64,000 nt of DNA from contig JAGVGF010000003.1 of the NCBI GenBank assembly GCA_020057295.1, positions 1 to 64,000 on the forward strand. Reading direction: 5' to 3'. Below the pieces are notes generated by a model. That model saw nothing but the letters and a program-made list of their open reading frames with translations. It searched no databases and was not told where the DNA came from. The translations under genes and the position numbers were made by a program. Below, piece after piece: positions 38,981 through 48,523 of this stretch (position 1 is its first letter; every line of letters begins with the position of its first letter). Source of the DNA: an archaeon (GTDB lineage Archaea > Nanobdellota > Nanobdellia > Woesearchaeales > UBA9642).

Positions 38981-39838
38981 ATGATGTTTTGTGTGTTTTA
39001 TAACTATCCGATTATATTTTGGTGTTATATGGTTAATGGTCTTGCAAAAATAATAAAAGATTATGAGGACGATGGTTTTATAGTTATTAAACTCTCTGAA
39101 GATGAAGTTTTAGACGGAGATAGATTAAGAATATATAATCATACAGTTTTTAATTATCCTGACAAAGAACTATTCTATGCTTGTCTTGCTACAGAGTATG
39201 CTAAACAAATTGCGAAAGAACGTAAGGGTAAAAAAGTTAATGCTGCCAAAGAAGTCGAATCTTTTGCTAAAGATAAAAAGTTTCCAGATGATCTTCACTT
39301 AACATATTCTCAACTTCCGTTAATTAGAGGTAATGTTCCATATTATGCTTTTATTAGCATGATATCAGAATATAAAATAGGATTAGAAGAGCGCATGAGT
39401 ATGCAGGGATTCAGCGAGATGTATAGAAACAATTTAGGATTAATTGCTGATGAAGTTCTTATGAATGCCTTCAAACACGGAAATAATGGCGGAATACGTA
39501 AAGAGATAGAAGTTAATGAAATATATATGCGAGGATTATCTAGACACGGATATGTAATTATAGTGCGAGATAGTGGCGCAAAAATGTTGACCAAAGAAAT
39601 AATTGAGGAACATAAAACAGCAATTGATTCCTCGACTGGAAAACCTAAAATGACAACATCTAAAAGAGGCTTTGTATTGATCGATGCGTTATCTGATAGA
39701 TCTTGGGTTCTCCCTGGCTTAGGTAATAATGTTGGTGTGCATTTATTTGAACCAATGCCAGAACATATTATGGGAAATCATTATGTTCAAAGAAAAAGGA
39801 GCAAAATTTATGTTCCTGAACATTTAGAATCACAGTAG
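38981..39838 (+). CDS. GHKL ATP-binding protein resembling RsbW/SpoIIAB kinases (start probably 39029)
   Basis: N box EVLMNAFKHGN, G1 VRDSG, G2 RGFVLIDALSD. Confidence 0.7.
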   Translation: MMFCVFYNYPIIFWCYMVNGLAKIIKDYEDDGFIVIKLSEDEVLDGDRLRIYNHTVFNYPDKELFYACLATEYAKQIAKERKGKKVNAAKEVESFAKDKKFPDDLHLTYSQLPLIRGNVPYYAFISMISEYKIGLEERMSMQGFSEMYRNNLGLIADEVLMNAFKHGNNGGIRKEIEVNEIYMRGLSRHGYVIIVRDSGAKMLTKEIIEEHKTAIDSSTGKPKMTTSKRGFVLIDALSDRSWVLPGLGNNVGVHLFEPMPEHIMGNHYVQRKRSKIYVPEHLESQ

Positions 39839-39884
39839 ACATTCTCGGAAAAAGTTTTTAAACAAATAATATTTCTTATAATTT

Positions 39885-40745
39885 ATGGTCTCTGCTACTC
39901 AGCTTTCAAGTTATCTTTATTGTCCTAGAAAATTATTTCTTAGTAATGTGTTGTTAGTCGAGGAACCAATAAAAGCAGAACTTGTTTTAGGAACTATATG
40001 GCATCAAACTTACGAATCATTAAATAATTCTGAAGAGTCAATAGTCACCAGTATAGCTACGAGTAATTATCAAGAAATATTCGATATCTATCGTCATAAG
40101 TATTCTAAAATATTGCGTGATGTAATACTTAAAAATAAATCTAAATTGAAAGAATTTAATACTTCAATGATTGATGTGTTCAATAAATATTGGCCGAATT
40201 TCGAGGAGGAAGCAAAAGAACATGCATTAAATATTTCTAGTTTCATTTCTAAACATAAAATTTTCGGAAAAGAATTATGGAACGAGTTGACTCCTAAAAT
40301 TTTATCAGAACAATATTTCAAGTCGAAGAAATTAAATTTATCAGGAGTAATAGATGTGATTGAAATTCATGAAAATAAATTTCATGTTCCTATAGAATTA
40401 AAGACAGGAAAATTTCCCGAAAAAGGAATGTGGGACGGACATAGAATACAATTAGCTGCTTATATGTTACTTCTTGACGATGCAGGAAAGAATGTTAACG
40501 AAGCTGTTATGAAATACCGAGGAACTGATAAACGAATATTATCGATGAATTCTTTTTTAAAAGAAGAGGTTTTAGATTTAATAAATAAAACCAGCACTGT
40601 TCTGAACAGTCTTGAAGTTCCAAAATACGTCGATAATAAAAACAAATGCAAGAGTTGTCAATTCAAAGATACTTGTTACGACCAAGACGCAATAAAAAAA
40701 TTACTTGCTGATGCCACTAATCGTCTAAAAACTTCTAAAAAATAA
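39885..40745 (+). CDS. cas4: Solo Cas4-family Fe-S exonuclease
   Basis: YLYCPRK, G...H, LSGVID, PIELKTG, IQLAAY, KCKSCQFKDTC. No CRISPR array or other cas gene nearby. Confidence 0.9.
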   Translation: MVSATQLSSYLYCPRKLFLSNVLLVEEPIKAELVLGTIWHQTYESLNNSEESIVTSIATSNYQEIFDIYRHKYSKILRDVILKNKSKLKEFNTSMIDVFNKYWPNFEEEAKEHALNISSFISKHKIFGKELWNELTPKILSEQYFKSKKLNLSGVIDVIEIHENKFHVPIELKTGKFPEKGMWDGHRIQLAAYMLLLDDAGKNVNEAVMKYRGTDKRILSMNSFLKEEVLDLINKTSTVLNSLEVPKYVDNKNKCKSCQFKDTCYDQDAIKKLLADATNRLKTSKK

Positions 40746-40913
40746 TGATTTTAATGCCTTTTTATTAGAAAAAATTATTTTTTTTTGAATTTAAGCGATT
40801 TTTACTCATACTTTATCCTTTTAAATTAAACATTTTCTAATAGTAAAATTTATATATGACTAACCTCTTTATCTTCTTATATTGACGAAAGTTTATGCTT
40901 AAGGTGATGTATA

Positions 40914-41207
40914 ATGGCTGATATGATGAATAAATCGGAAGCGAAAATGACTGATGAGAAAAAATTCTCAAAACAATTAATCGGTAAAACTGTTATTTCT
41001 AAATCAGGAAAGAGATTTGGTGAAGTTGGAGATATAGTATTCGAAGCTAGAACAGGCGAATTAATACATATAGTATTGGTAAACCCTACTACTTATATCG
41101 AAAAATTAGAGTTAGAAAAGACTAAGGAAGGAAACATTCTAGTACCATTTTCAGCAGTAATTGCTGTCGGTGACTTCGTAGTTTTAGCAGAAGAAGATAT
41201 TATATAA
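40914..41207 (+). CDS. PRC-barrel protein (CdpB-like)
   Basis: LIGKTVIS.SG.RFGEVGDI.F...TGEL...VPFSAV.AVGDFV. Confidence 0.9.
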   Translation: MADMMNKSEAKMTDEKKFSKQLIGKTVISKSGKRFGEVGDIVFEARTGELIHIVLVNPTTYIEKLELEKTKEGNILVPFSAVIAVGDFVVLAEEDII

Positions 41208-41298
41208 AATCTTCTGATTTTTATTTTATTTTAACCAATTTTTTCAAATTTTTTGTTTCTTGATAAAAATTATAAACTAAAGATATTCTTATGCTTTT

Positions 41299-41694
41299 AT
41301 GCTAATGAATAAAAAAGCTAAAGGAAGTAATTCTGAGAGAGATTTGATTCATAAATTCAATAATAATGGATGGGTCGCAATACGTAGTGCAGGTTCTGGA
41401 AGTTCACAGTTTCCAAGTCCGGATATTCTTGCGGGAAATAATTTGCGAAGAGTAGCTATTGAATGCAAAGCTACAGCTGATACGAAGAAGTATTTGACGA
41501 AAAAAGAAGTCGATGAACTAGTTTTTTTTGCTAACAAATTCGGTGCAGAAGCTTGGATTGGAGTAAAATTCGACAGAATGGATTGGTTCTTTATCAATAT
41601 TGAAGATCTTGAAAAAACAGAGAAAAGTTATTTGATTGATATTCCTTCGGCAAAACGTAAAGGACTTTCATTCGAGCAATTAATTGAAAAATAA
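41299..41694 (+). CDS. hjc: Holliday junction resolvase Hjc
   Basis: KGSNSERDL, RSAGSG, PDILAG, IECK. Confidence 0.93.
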   Translation: MLMNKKAKGSNSERDLIHKFNNNGWVAIRSAGSGSSQFPSPDILAGNNLRRVAIECKATADTKKYLTKKEVDELVFFANKFGAEAWIGVKFDRMDWFFINIEDLEKTEKSYLIDIPSAKRKGLSFEQLIEK

Positions 41695-41752
41695 CACAAA
41701 ATATATAAATGTCTTATACGATATTCGTTTATAATCACGATTTTTAAAAGAG

Positions 41753-41971
41753 GTGCGTAAAATGGCATTAGACACGGTAATTTTAGCAATAATTATAGGT
41801 ACATTAGCTGCAATAGTTTATAGTCTAAGGGTTCTTGTATTATTGGAGCGAAGAATAGCTCGTATGGACGAGAATATAGAGAAAATGACTCTACACTTGG
41901 CTAAAGAAGAACAGCAAGTATTGAATGAAGAATTTAAAATCGAAAAATCTCTTAAGAGAAGAAAGAGATAA
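41753..41971 (+). CDS. Small single-TM coiled-coil protein (start probably 41762)
   Basis: IIIGTLAAIVYSLRVLVLLERRIARMD; SD GAGGTG upstream. Confidence 0.75.
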   Translation: MRKMALDTVILAIIIGTLAAIVYSLRVLVLLERRIARMDENIEKMTLHLAKEEQQVLNEEFKIEKSLKRRKR

Positions 41972-42014
41972 ATATTCATAACCTTTTTATTTTCATATTT
42001 TTCCTTCTATTATT

Positions 42015-42644
42015 ATGATTATTCACAAATCTTTCAAGCACGGATGGTTCTATCATTATCGTATACATGATCCCAAAACTCAAAAGTTGTGTTGTAATGG
42101 ATTATCGTCTATTAATGAATATTTACATCATGTTATAGATCATTGTCCTAATGAATATTTCGAGAAAGGTCCTAGAAGTAGTCAATTGCGTATGAAATTT
42201 GATGTGGGTATGAAACAGATTGATGGGCACGAAGTTTCTGAATTAGCGCGTAAAGGTCTAGAATTCTCTAAATTTAATACCGCTCATACTAATGTTCAAA
42301 TGTTTATGTTACAGAACGATAATAAAACTATCAGTATAGAAGTTCCAATATGGCTTTTAGAGAGTGAAATACCTCATTATCATGATTTATTATCCTCTAA
42401 AGATGCGTTAACAGGACATATTGATGCATTACGTATTGAAGATGGTAATGTTTGGGTGTGGGATTATAAACCTAATGCTGCTAAAGAAAAATATGCTGCT
42501 ACACAGATACAATTTTATGCAATAATGCTTAGTCAAAGAACAGGCATCCCTATTGATAAATTTAGATGTGGTTATTTTGATGCAGACACAGCATTTGTAT
42601 TTAAACCATTAAAATGTGACGTCTTAAAATCGAAACTTATATAA
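42015..42644 (+). CDS. PD-(D/E)xK nuclease superfamily protein
   Basis: EVPIW...TGHID...WDYKP...QIQFYA RecB-like motifs. Confidence 0.85.
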   Translation: MIIHKSFKHGWFYHYRIHDPKTQKLCCNGLSSINEYLHHVIDHCPNEYFEKGPRSSQLRMKFDVGMKQIDGHEVSELARKGLEFSKFNTAHTNVQMFMLQNDNKTISIEVPIWLLESEIPHYHDLLSSKDALTGHIDALRIEDGNVWVWDYKPNAAKEKYAATQIQFYAIMLSQRTGIPIDKFRCGYFDADTAFVFKPLKCDVLKSKLI

Positions 42645-42702
42645 ATAACGTTATTATTTATGTAGTAGTTAAAACGATTTAATGCATAGCAGGTGATTTA
42701 AG

Positions 42703-42972
42703 ATGTTGAAGATGAAAAAAGTTTCTGAAACTTATGAGATGAGAGTTTTTACTGATACTGGCGACTATTTCGGTGACGTTGAAGAAGCAATCATACAGAA
42801 TACTAAGATTACAGGATGGAGAGTACGTGCGACAAAGAATTCATTCCTAAATAAAGTCTTAGGAAGTGCTAAAGGCGTAATTATTCCACACAACTTAGTA
42901 AAGAGTATTGGTGATATAATGATCATCAATAGACAAGCAATTCCAAACGCTCCAGAAGGAGACGCGGAATAA
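42703..42972 (+). CDS. PRC-barrel protein (CdpB-like)
   Basis: MRVFTDTG.YFGDVEE...GVIIPH.LVKSIGDIMII. Confidence 0.9.
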   Translation: MLKMKKVSETYEMRVFTDTGDYFGDVEEAIIQNTKITGWRVRATKNSFLNKVLGSAKGVIIPHNLVKSIGDIMIINRQAIPNAPEGDAE

Positions 42973-43004
42973 ATTTTTATTTTTCTTCCTTATTTCTAAT
43001 AACA

Positions 43005-43310
43005 ATGGCTTCTATAAGAATTTCTGATGACGAAGAGTTAAAGATTGGTCAAGCTATAGATTTATTACAAGAACTATCTGTTTTAATAGAAGATAACTCA
43101 TTTGATAAAGCCAAAATATTATTTTCAGAAATAGATGGTTTATTAAAAGAATTAAACCCTTTGTTCAGTGTTAATCTGGATAAAAACTATTTGAATGCTT
43201 TCAAAGAATTTGTTCGAGATTTGGGCGAGAGCATAAATAATAAAATAAAATCCGAATCTAGACTCAATTGTGGTCTAGTAAAAGATGAATTATTAAAACT
43301 AGTCTCTTAA
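43005..43310 (+). CDS. Hypothetical helical protein
   Basis: 101-aa ORF in a co-oriented gene run. Confidence 0.55.
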   Translation: MASIRISDDEELKIGQAIDLLQELSVLIEDNSFDKAKILFSEIDGLLKELNPLFSVNLDKNYLNAFKEFVRDLGESINNKIKSESRLNCGLVKDELLKLVS

Positions 43311-43312
43311 TC

Positions 43313-43963
43313 ATGATTATAAGAAAATATCGAAAATCAGATAGATCTCAAGTCGAGCATATTCAATTTGAAACATATTTTTTAGGAAAATCTGGAAGTC
43401 TTATCGCCACTAATCCTAAAAGATTCCATAAAGAGATAAGATATTATCTAGAAAAAGAACAGGAAAGTTGTTTTGTCGCTGTTAATAATGGAAAAGTTAT
43501 AGGATATCTTTTAGGATGTTTAGATGATGAGAATCATGAAGAGTCTATAAACGCATTCTTATTAAAAAGTATATTTCTGTTTTTTCAATTACCTTTTATG
43601 AATAGGAAAGACAGAACATTTTGGTTTGGAACTATCAAAATGATATTTGGCGCAATTCTGGGGAAATCCGAAGAGAAAAATTTTATTCCGCCTAAAAATT
43701 CAGGTCACATCCATATAAATTTATTACCCGAAGCTAGAGGTAAAAGTACCGGAACAAAACTTTTAAAAGCATTCCTCGAGTATGCAAAATCCAAAAATGT
43801 TAAGTTAATTCATGCTGACTCATTTCAAACAAGAGTCAATCCTAACAAGAATTTTTGGATAAAGAACGGATTCAAAGAATACATCAAGGTCAAAACATCC
43901 ATGTGGAAAACGTATTATCCCAAAGAAGACATAAGGCTTGTTTGCTATGTGAAAAAATTATGA
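43313..43963 (+). CDS. GNAT-family acetyltransferase
   Basis: IRKY...DR, FVA..NGKVIGYLLG, HIHINLLPEARGKSTGTKL, FW.KNGF. Confidence 0.9.
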   Translation: MIIRKYRKSDRSQVEHIQFETYFLGKSGSLIATNPKRFHKEIRYYLEKEQESCFVAVNNGKVIGYLLGCLDDENHEESINAFLLKSIFLFFQLPFMNRKDRTFWFGTIKMIFGAILGKSEEKNFIPPKNSGHIHINLLPEARGKSTGTKLLKAFLEYAKSKNVKLIHADSFQTRVNPNKNFWIKNGFKEYIKVKTSMWKTYYPKEDIRLVCYVKKL

Positions 43964-44006
43964 TTTTTTTCGTTAACTTTTTAATTATAGTATCTTAAAA
44001 TATATT

Positions 44007-44690
44007 ATGTCTTCAAGCCTGCCATGCAACATTCCGTACGTTTTAAGTTTAGTTTCTAAAAATGTCTTTGCAAAGTCAGATTTTAAGAAATTAAATATTA
44101 AGGATGTGATGGACGGAAAGCCACTTCCTCTCCCTAAATTTTCTATTCTTGATGTAGGTTTTGGATTTGGTAAATGGGGATTTCTTATACGAGACACATT
44201 TGATGTAATGATTGGTCAAAATTTCAAAAAAGCGGATTGGAAAATACAAATTACAGGAATAGAACCATTTAATAAATGTATAACCCCTATACAAAAAGAA
44301 GTTTATAACAAAATAATCAAGAAAGATGTTTTTGAGGTAATAGATAAACTTGGGAAATATGATTTAATCATGTTTGGCGACGTAATAGAACATTTCGAGA
44401 AGGATAAAGCGTACAAATTATTAGATAAATTATTACAGCATTCTAATAATATTATTATATCTACGCCGTTAGGATTTATGCCTCAAGGCGCATGGGCCGG
44501 AAATGAACGAGAGATACACAGGTCGGGATGGGTTCCAGAAGACTTCAAAAAATATCATGTTGTAGAATGTAAGATAATAGAAGATGATTTGTTCTCAGAT
44601 ATAATGAAAAAAGATATAATAAAAAGTATTCCTGATTTACCTAAGGATGCGATTAGTGCAAAATTGCTTGTGTTATGGATAAAGAAATAA
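44007..44690 (+). CDS. Class I SAM-dependent methyltransferase
   Basis: ILDVGFGFGKWG, GIEPF, YDLIMFGDVIEHF, ISTP. Confidence 0.88.
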   Translation: MSSSLPCNIPYVLSLVSKNVFAKSDFKKLNIKDVMDGKPLPLPKFSILDVGFGFGKWGFLIRDTFDVMIGQNFKKADWKIQITGIEPFNKCITPIQKEVYNKIIKKDVFEVIDKLGKYDLIMFGDVIEHFEKDKAYKLLDKLLQHSNNIIISTPLGFMPQGAWAGNEREIHRSGWVPEDFKKYHVVECKIIEDDLFSDIMKKDIIKSIPDLPKDAISAKLLVLWIKK

Positions 44691-45185
44691 TTAATTCTCT
44701 TCGCTTTCGTCTTCTTCTGAATTTGTGCCTTCCTCGAACATCGATGTCTTCTTTTTTCCTGCCTTTATTTCCGCAACCTTTCCATTTGCTGTATCAAACA
44801 TTGTTCGAAGACCAGATTCTATGCTTTCCGGATCCGCTATCATAGAATGTGTGTGAGGATTTATTACCCATTTATCGTTTATCTTTAAGTTTACGAATAC
44901 AAAACTTAGATTTTTTATTTCGGATAATTTTTTCCAGTTTTTTATTAAGAATTTAAAATTTAGTTCATCGTTCAGGCAAACTATAACTTTATACTCGTTA
45001 CCTTTTATTCTTTCAAACAGTTCATCTTTTAGTTGCTCTAGAATATGATGCGTTATTACTTTATCTTTGAATTGGAAGTCTATGTACTCTTTGCTAAGAT
45101 GCTCATCCCATTTTACTAATTTTCTGAACGTTAAATCTCTATTCTTTACGTAATTTATTGTCCAATCCTTTAATTCTTTATTCAT
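44691..45185 (-). CDS. Hypothetical protein
   Basis: 164-aa ORF (KWVINPHTH) with an acidic tail. Confidence 0.65.
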   Translation of the reverse strand: MNKELKDWTINYVKNRDLTFRKLVKWDEHLSKEYIDFQFKDKVITHHILEQLKDELFERIKGNEYKVIVCLNDELNFKFLIKNWKKLSEIKNLSFVFVNLKINDKWVINPHTHSMIADPESIESGLRTMFDTANGKVAEIKAGKKKTSMFEEGTNSEEDESEEN

Positions 45186-45211
45186 GTCTATATATCTTTT
45201 ATAACTTATTT

Positions 45212-45715
45212 TTAAATTTCTCGATTCTTACGAACTTGATATACTATGTGTGGTATTAAAAACACTGCTGCGTAGATACTTGCTATAACATATATGTTAT
45301 GTGTTAGTGTCAATCCAGATTTAGTTCCGAACTGTCCTGAAAAATATATTATAAAATAGAAATTTATCAAACTTGCAACTATAAAACCTATGAATAAGTC
45401 TAATTCTCTTCTCGGATGAGTTTTCTCCACATCATATATAGCTATAGTAAATAATATGCTAAATACGAATGCTATTAAAGATACTATGACAATCACAAAT
45501 GATGAATGCATTGCATATATGAACGGAATAATTACTGCCGAACATACAAACACATTAACTAACAATAATCCTGCTAATAATGCAATGAGTATTTTATCTA
45601 TAGTTTTGCTTCTAGAATGCTTATGTTCTTCGGCGTGTGCAATAACTCTTGACGCATGATCTATCTCTGAAGCTTTCCAACCTTTAGATAGAAGATCCAA
45701 CTTATTAATATTCAT
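45212..45715 (-). CDS. Four-TM membrane protein
   Basis: L..KGW...EI N-terminus followed by four TM helices. Confidence 0.7.
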   Translation of the reverse strand: MNINKLDLLSKGWKASEIDHASRVIAHAEEHKHSRSKTIDKILIALLAGLLLVNVFVCSAVIIPFIYAMHSSFVIVIVSLIAFVFSILFTIAIYDVEKTHPRRELDLFIGFIVASLINFYFIIYFSGQFGTKSGLTLTHNIYVIASIYAAVFLIPHIVYQVRKNREI

Positions 45716-45771
45716 ATACCCTCTTTTTAGAATACGAGATTGGTTATTATTTAAATTTTGTTGTTATGGTG

Positions 45772-46914
45772 CTATAGATCCATCTCGTTAGTTTTCTCGT
45801 CAACAAATATTTTCTTTTGTTTTGCCAGTCGTTCTCTCTTTCTTTCAGCGATTTTACTGACTTCTTCTTTGGTTATTCTTCCGCTTAAACCAACTTGTGG
45901 TGTTTGTTTTAAGAAATCGTATTTATCATAATCCTTATTAGAATTTACTAGTTCATGCCATTTGTCGAAATCAATCCATGTAAACCATTTATCATTTTTC
46001 TTGAATGTTTTTTTTGCACACATTACTACTCTTGACGGTACATGTTCAGTAACAATCTCATAATCGGATAAATATTTCATTAATTCTTTACTAAATTCTA
46101 CTATTTCCTCATGCCAAGGCATATGATCTATTGTTAGTCTTTCCCTAGATGGTCCGACATGCATGTATGATTTTATTTCGATAAAATCAGGATTGCCTTT
46201 CATTATAAGTTTAGCATATTCTTCGATGTTTGCATCGTTTAATCCTTTAACTATTGTTAATCTTATACATGTGCGATCTTTTTTTTGAGCGCAATATTCT
46301 AAACTTTTATTTAATCTCTCCCAATAGTCGGGAAATAAAGGTACATCTATCTTTTTTAATAAATCTTTAGTTGGTGCATCAACGCTCAAGTATAGTTGTG
46401 TCACACGATTTAAATCTCTTATTTGATCAGGATATTGAGAATTAGTCACAAGAAATGTGCTTATGCCTTCTTTGTTAAACCGTAATAATAACTCGTTCAT
46501 TCTAGGATATGTTATAGGTTCTCCTGTCAAACTTAAAGCCACATGTTTTACTGTTTTAGACATTTCAAACATATGTTTTGCTTCTGGCTGTCCCCCAAAT
46601 CCTGCTAATAATTTATGATGTGCTTCTATACTTCCATCAAATATTAATTCAGGATCATCAACACCCCACTTCCATTCCTTAGAAACGGGTGCTTTATACC
46701 CTCTCCAACAGAATACGCAACGATTAGCACAAGATATTGATGTGGTCATCTGCATACACTGATTGCTCATTATTCCATAGAATTTGAGTTTATAACATCC
46801 GCCCTTGCCCTTAATCATGTTCTTCGTCCAACCACATGTCTTTACGGCACTATGTTCACCAACAATTCTATACTGTTGTCTTATTAGTTCATCCTTAGCA
46901 GTTTGTGTAAGCAT
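45772..46914 (-). CDS. taw1: 4-demethylwyosine synthase (radical SAM)
   Basis: HSAVKTCGW, CYK..FYGI, CANRCVFCWR, HVALSLTGEP, TFLVTN, FIEIKSY. Confidence 0.95.
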   Translation of the reverse strand: MLTQTAKDELIRQQYRIVGEHSAVKTCGWTKNMIKGKGGCYKLKFYGIMSNQCMQMTTSISCANRCVFCWRGYKAPVSKEWKWGVDDPELIFDGSIEAHHKLLAGFGGQPEAKHMFEMSKTVKHVALSLTGEPITYPRMNELLLRFNKEGISTFLVTNSQYPDQIRDLNRVTQLYLSVDAPTKDLLKKIDVPLFPDYWERLNKSLEYCAQKKDRTCIRLTIVKGLNDANIEEYAKLIMKGNPDFIEIKSYMHVGPSRERLTIDHMPWHEEIVEFSKELMKYLSDYEIVTEHVPSRVVMCAKKTFKKNDKWFTWIDFDKWHELVNSNKDYDKYDFLKQTPQVGLSGRITKEEVSKIAERKRERLAKQKKIFVDEKTNEMDL

Positions 46915-46945
46915 GATTAGAAGAAAAATATCTATATTAAAAAGA

Positions 46946-48187
46946 TTATTGCTTATTTGTCTTTGTAGAATCTAATTTGACTTTTGTAAAATCTTCTAGT
47001 GATGTTTTCGGAACCCATCTATAAATTCCTTCACTGCTAGATGCCGGTTCATATCTTAAGTATGTCCATCCAACATCTCTATAAAATTTTTTTAAATATT
47101 TTTCAGTTTGTAATAATCCTGCTAATTTATTTACTGTTTCTATGGTTGGAGAATATTTTATAGTGTCTAATTCCTCCCGCAATCCCTTTAATCTCTTAAA
47201 GAATCTATGATATTCCGTAGTATCAGGGTATGATGGGAGTCTGGTTAGTGTTTCGGAAGTTCTTGAATACGCTCTTAATATGTTTAAAGCCTGTTCAGGC
47301 AGAATCTCTATATTTTCTGTCTCTTGCTTTATCCTTCCTATTGCTTTTTCAAAGGATTCTTCTCCATGTCTGTTTGAAAGTGCCAGATTTTCTTGTGATT
47401 CTAATTGAATAGCGTAAACTACATTTAATATTTCGTACGCTTCATCTATGGTTTTATTTTTTTCGGACAGATTATTTACAAAAAGTGTTCCCAAAACAGA
47501 ACCTGTAATTAAAGTGCCGGCTGTTAACGCTGTTAAGGTTTTTCTGTGTCTTTCTTTCCAATTTTCCCACATTCTCTTTCGTAAACTTTTTGTTTTTACA
47601 CTCTTTTTTGGAGCTAATTTTGCGGTTTCTTTATCAGAAATTGTTTTAAGGATGTCTCTGGCCATTCCTAAGTAGGCTTCTGCTTGAGAGTTTATCCATT
47701 CCGATTCGCTTCCTTCTATTGCTTTTTGTGATCCATTAATAATATAGTGCCCTTGACCATGTCCTTTCATATTTCTTATTTGAACCAAGGGACTGGTTGG
47801 TAAATAATTGTGTGCTCTTCTGTGTCTTTCAAATACTGTTTCACCTGTGTCTAGTTTTGGTGCTTCTCGCGTATTTTTTTCTATATCTTTTAAATTTCCT
47901 TTATATGTTCCGTACAAAACTTGTAAAAAAATGTTTAAATTATCTGCAAGATTTTTAGCATCTAATGCAAATTCGGCGATATATCTGCTTCTTTCAAAAT
48001 CTTCATATGATTTGTTGAAGGCAGTATATTTTTGCATTAACGTTTTAGAATCGCTTTTTATTCCGGATAATGACCTAAGAAAATCTATGTTTGTTAAATA
48101 TGTTTGAGAATTTTTGTTAGCTTTAACTCTTTGTTCTATTTCATCTGTTAGCACTTCTATTTCAGCTAATTTTCTTTCTAAGCTCAT
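46946..48187 (-). CDS. Hypothetical helical protein with a central TM segment
   Basis: 413-aa ORF; basic stretch followed by TLTALTAGTLITGSVLGTLFV. Confidence 0.65.
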   Translation of the reverse strand: MSLERKLAEIEVLTDEIEQRVKANKNSQTYLTNIDFLRSLSGIKSDSKTLMQKYTAFNKSYEDFERSRYIAEFALDAKNLADNLNIFLQVLYGTYKGNLKDIEKNTREAPKLDTGETVFERHRRAHNYLPTSPLVQIRNMKGHGQGHYIINGSQKAIEGSESEWINSQAEAYLGMARDILKTISDKETAKLAPKKSVKTKSLRKRMWENWKERHRKTLTALTAGTLITGSVLGTLFVNNLSEKNKTIDEAYEILNVVYAIQLESQENLALSNRHGEESFEKAIGRIKQETENIEILPEQALNILRAYSRTSETLTRLPSYPDTTEYHRFFKRLKGLREELDTIKYSPTIETVNKLAGLLQTEKYLKKFYRDVGWTYLRYEPASSSEGIYRWVPKTSLEDFTKVKLDSTKTNKQ

Positions 48188-48247
48188 TCTATGGTGTTCT
48201 AGTTATAATTTATAAAGTTGATTATTTTAATCACTGTTTAGTAGCAC

Positions 48248-48281
48248 TATTTTTGTTTTAATCTTATTTTTGTTTTAATCT
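48248..48281 (+). repeat. 17-bp tandem duplication in a T-rich tract
   Basis: TATTTTTGTTTTAATCT occurs twice in tandem. Confidence 0.75.
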
Positions 48282-48523
48282 TGATTATTTTTTCTTTTTT
48301 TACATTTTTTTACGTTCTCGTCGACAATTTTTTTTATTCTCGTCTATTTTTTTTTATCTTTTTTTTAATGTTTCTGTCTTTTTTTGCTTAAAAGTTATGC
48401 TCACTTGAGCACAAAACGGAACATTTAAATATAAGCCCCACCACTAAAATAACTATTGGTATACAAAAGCGTATACCTAGATACATCCAATTAACTGTTT
48501 ACATCCAATAATCCATAACGAAA

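Noticed and set aside
39885-40745. CRISPR-Cas locus
   Set aside because: Only a solo cas4; no repeat-spacer array, cas1 or cas2 in the window.
48290-48390. Long-range pairing of the upstream T-rich tract with the A-rich tract at 49700-49780
   Set aside because: The complementarity is only partial and expected by chance between low-complexity tracts. The T-tract also lies upstream of the predicted transcription start.
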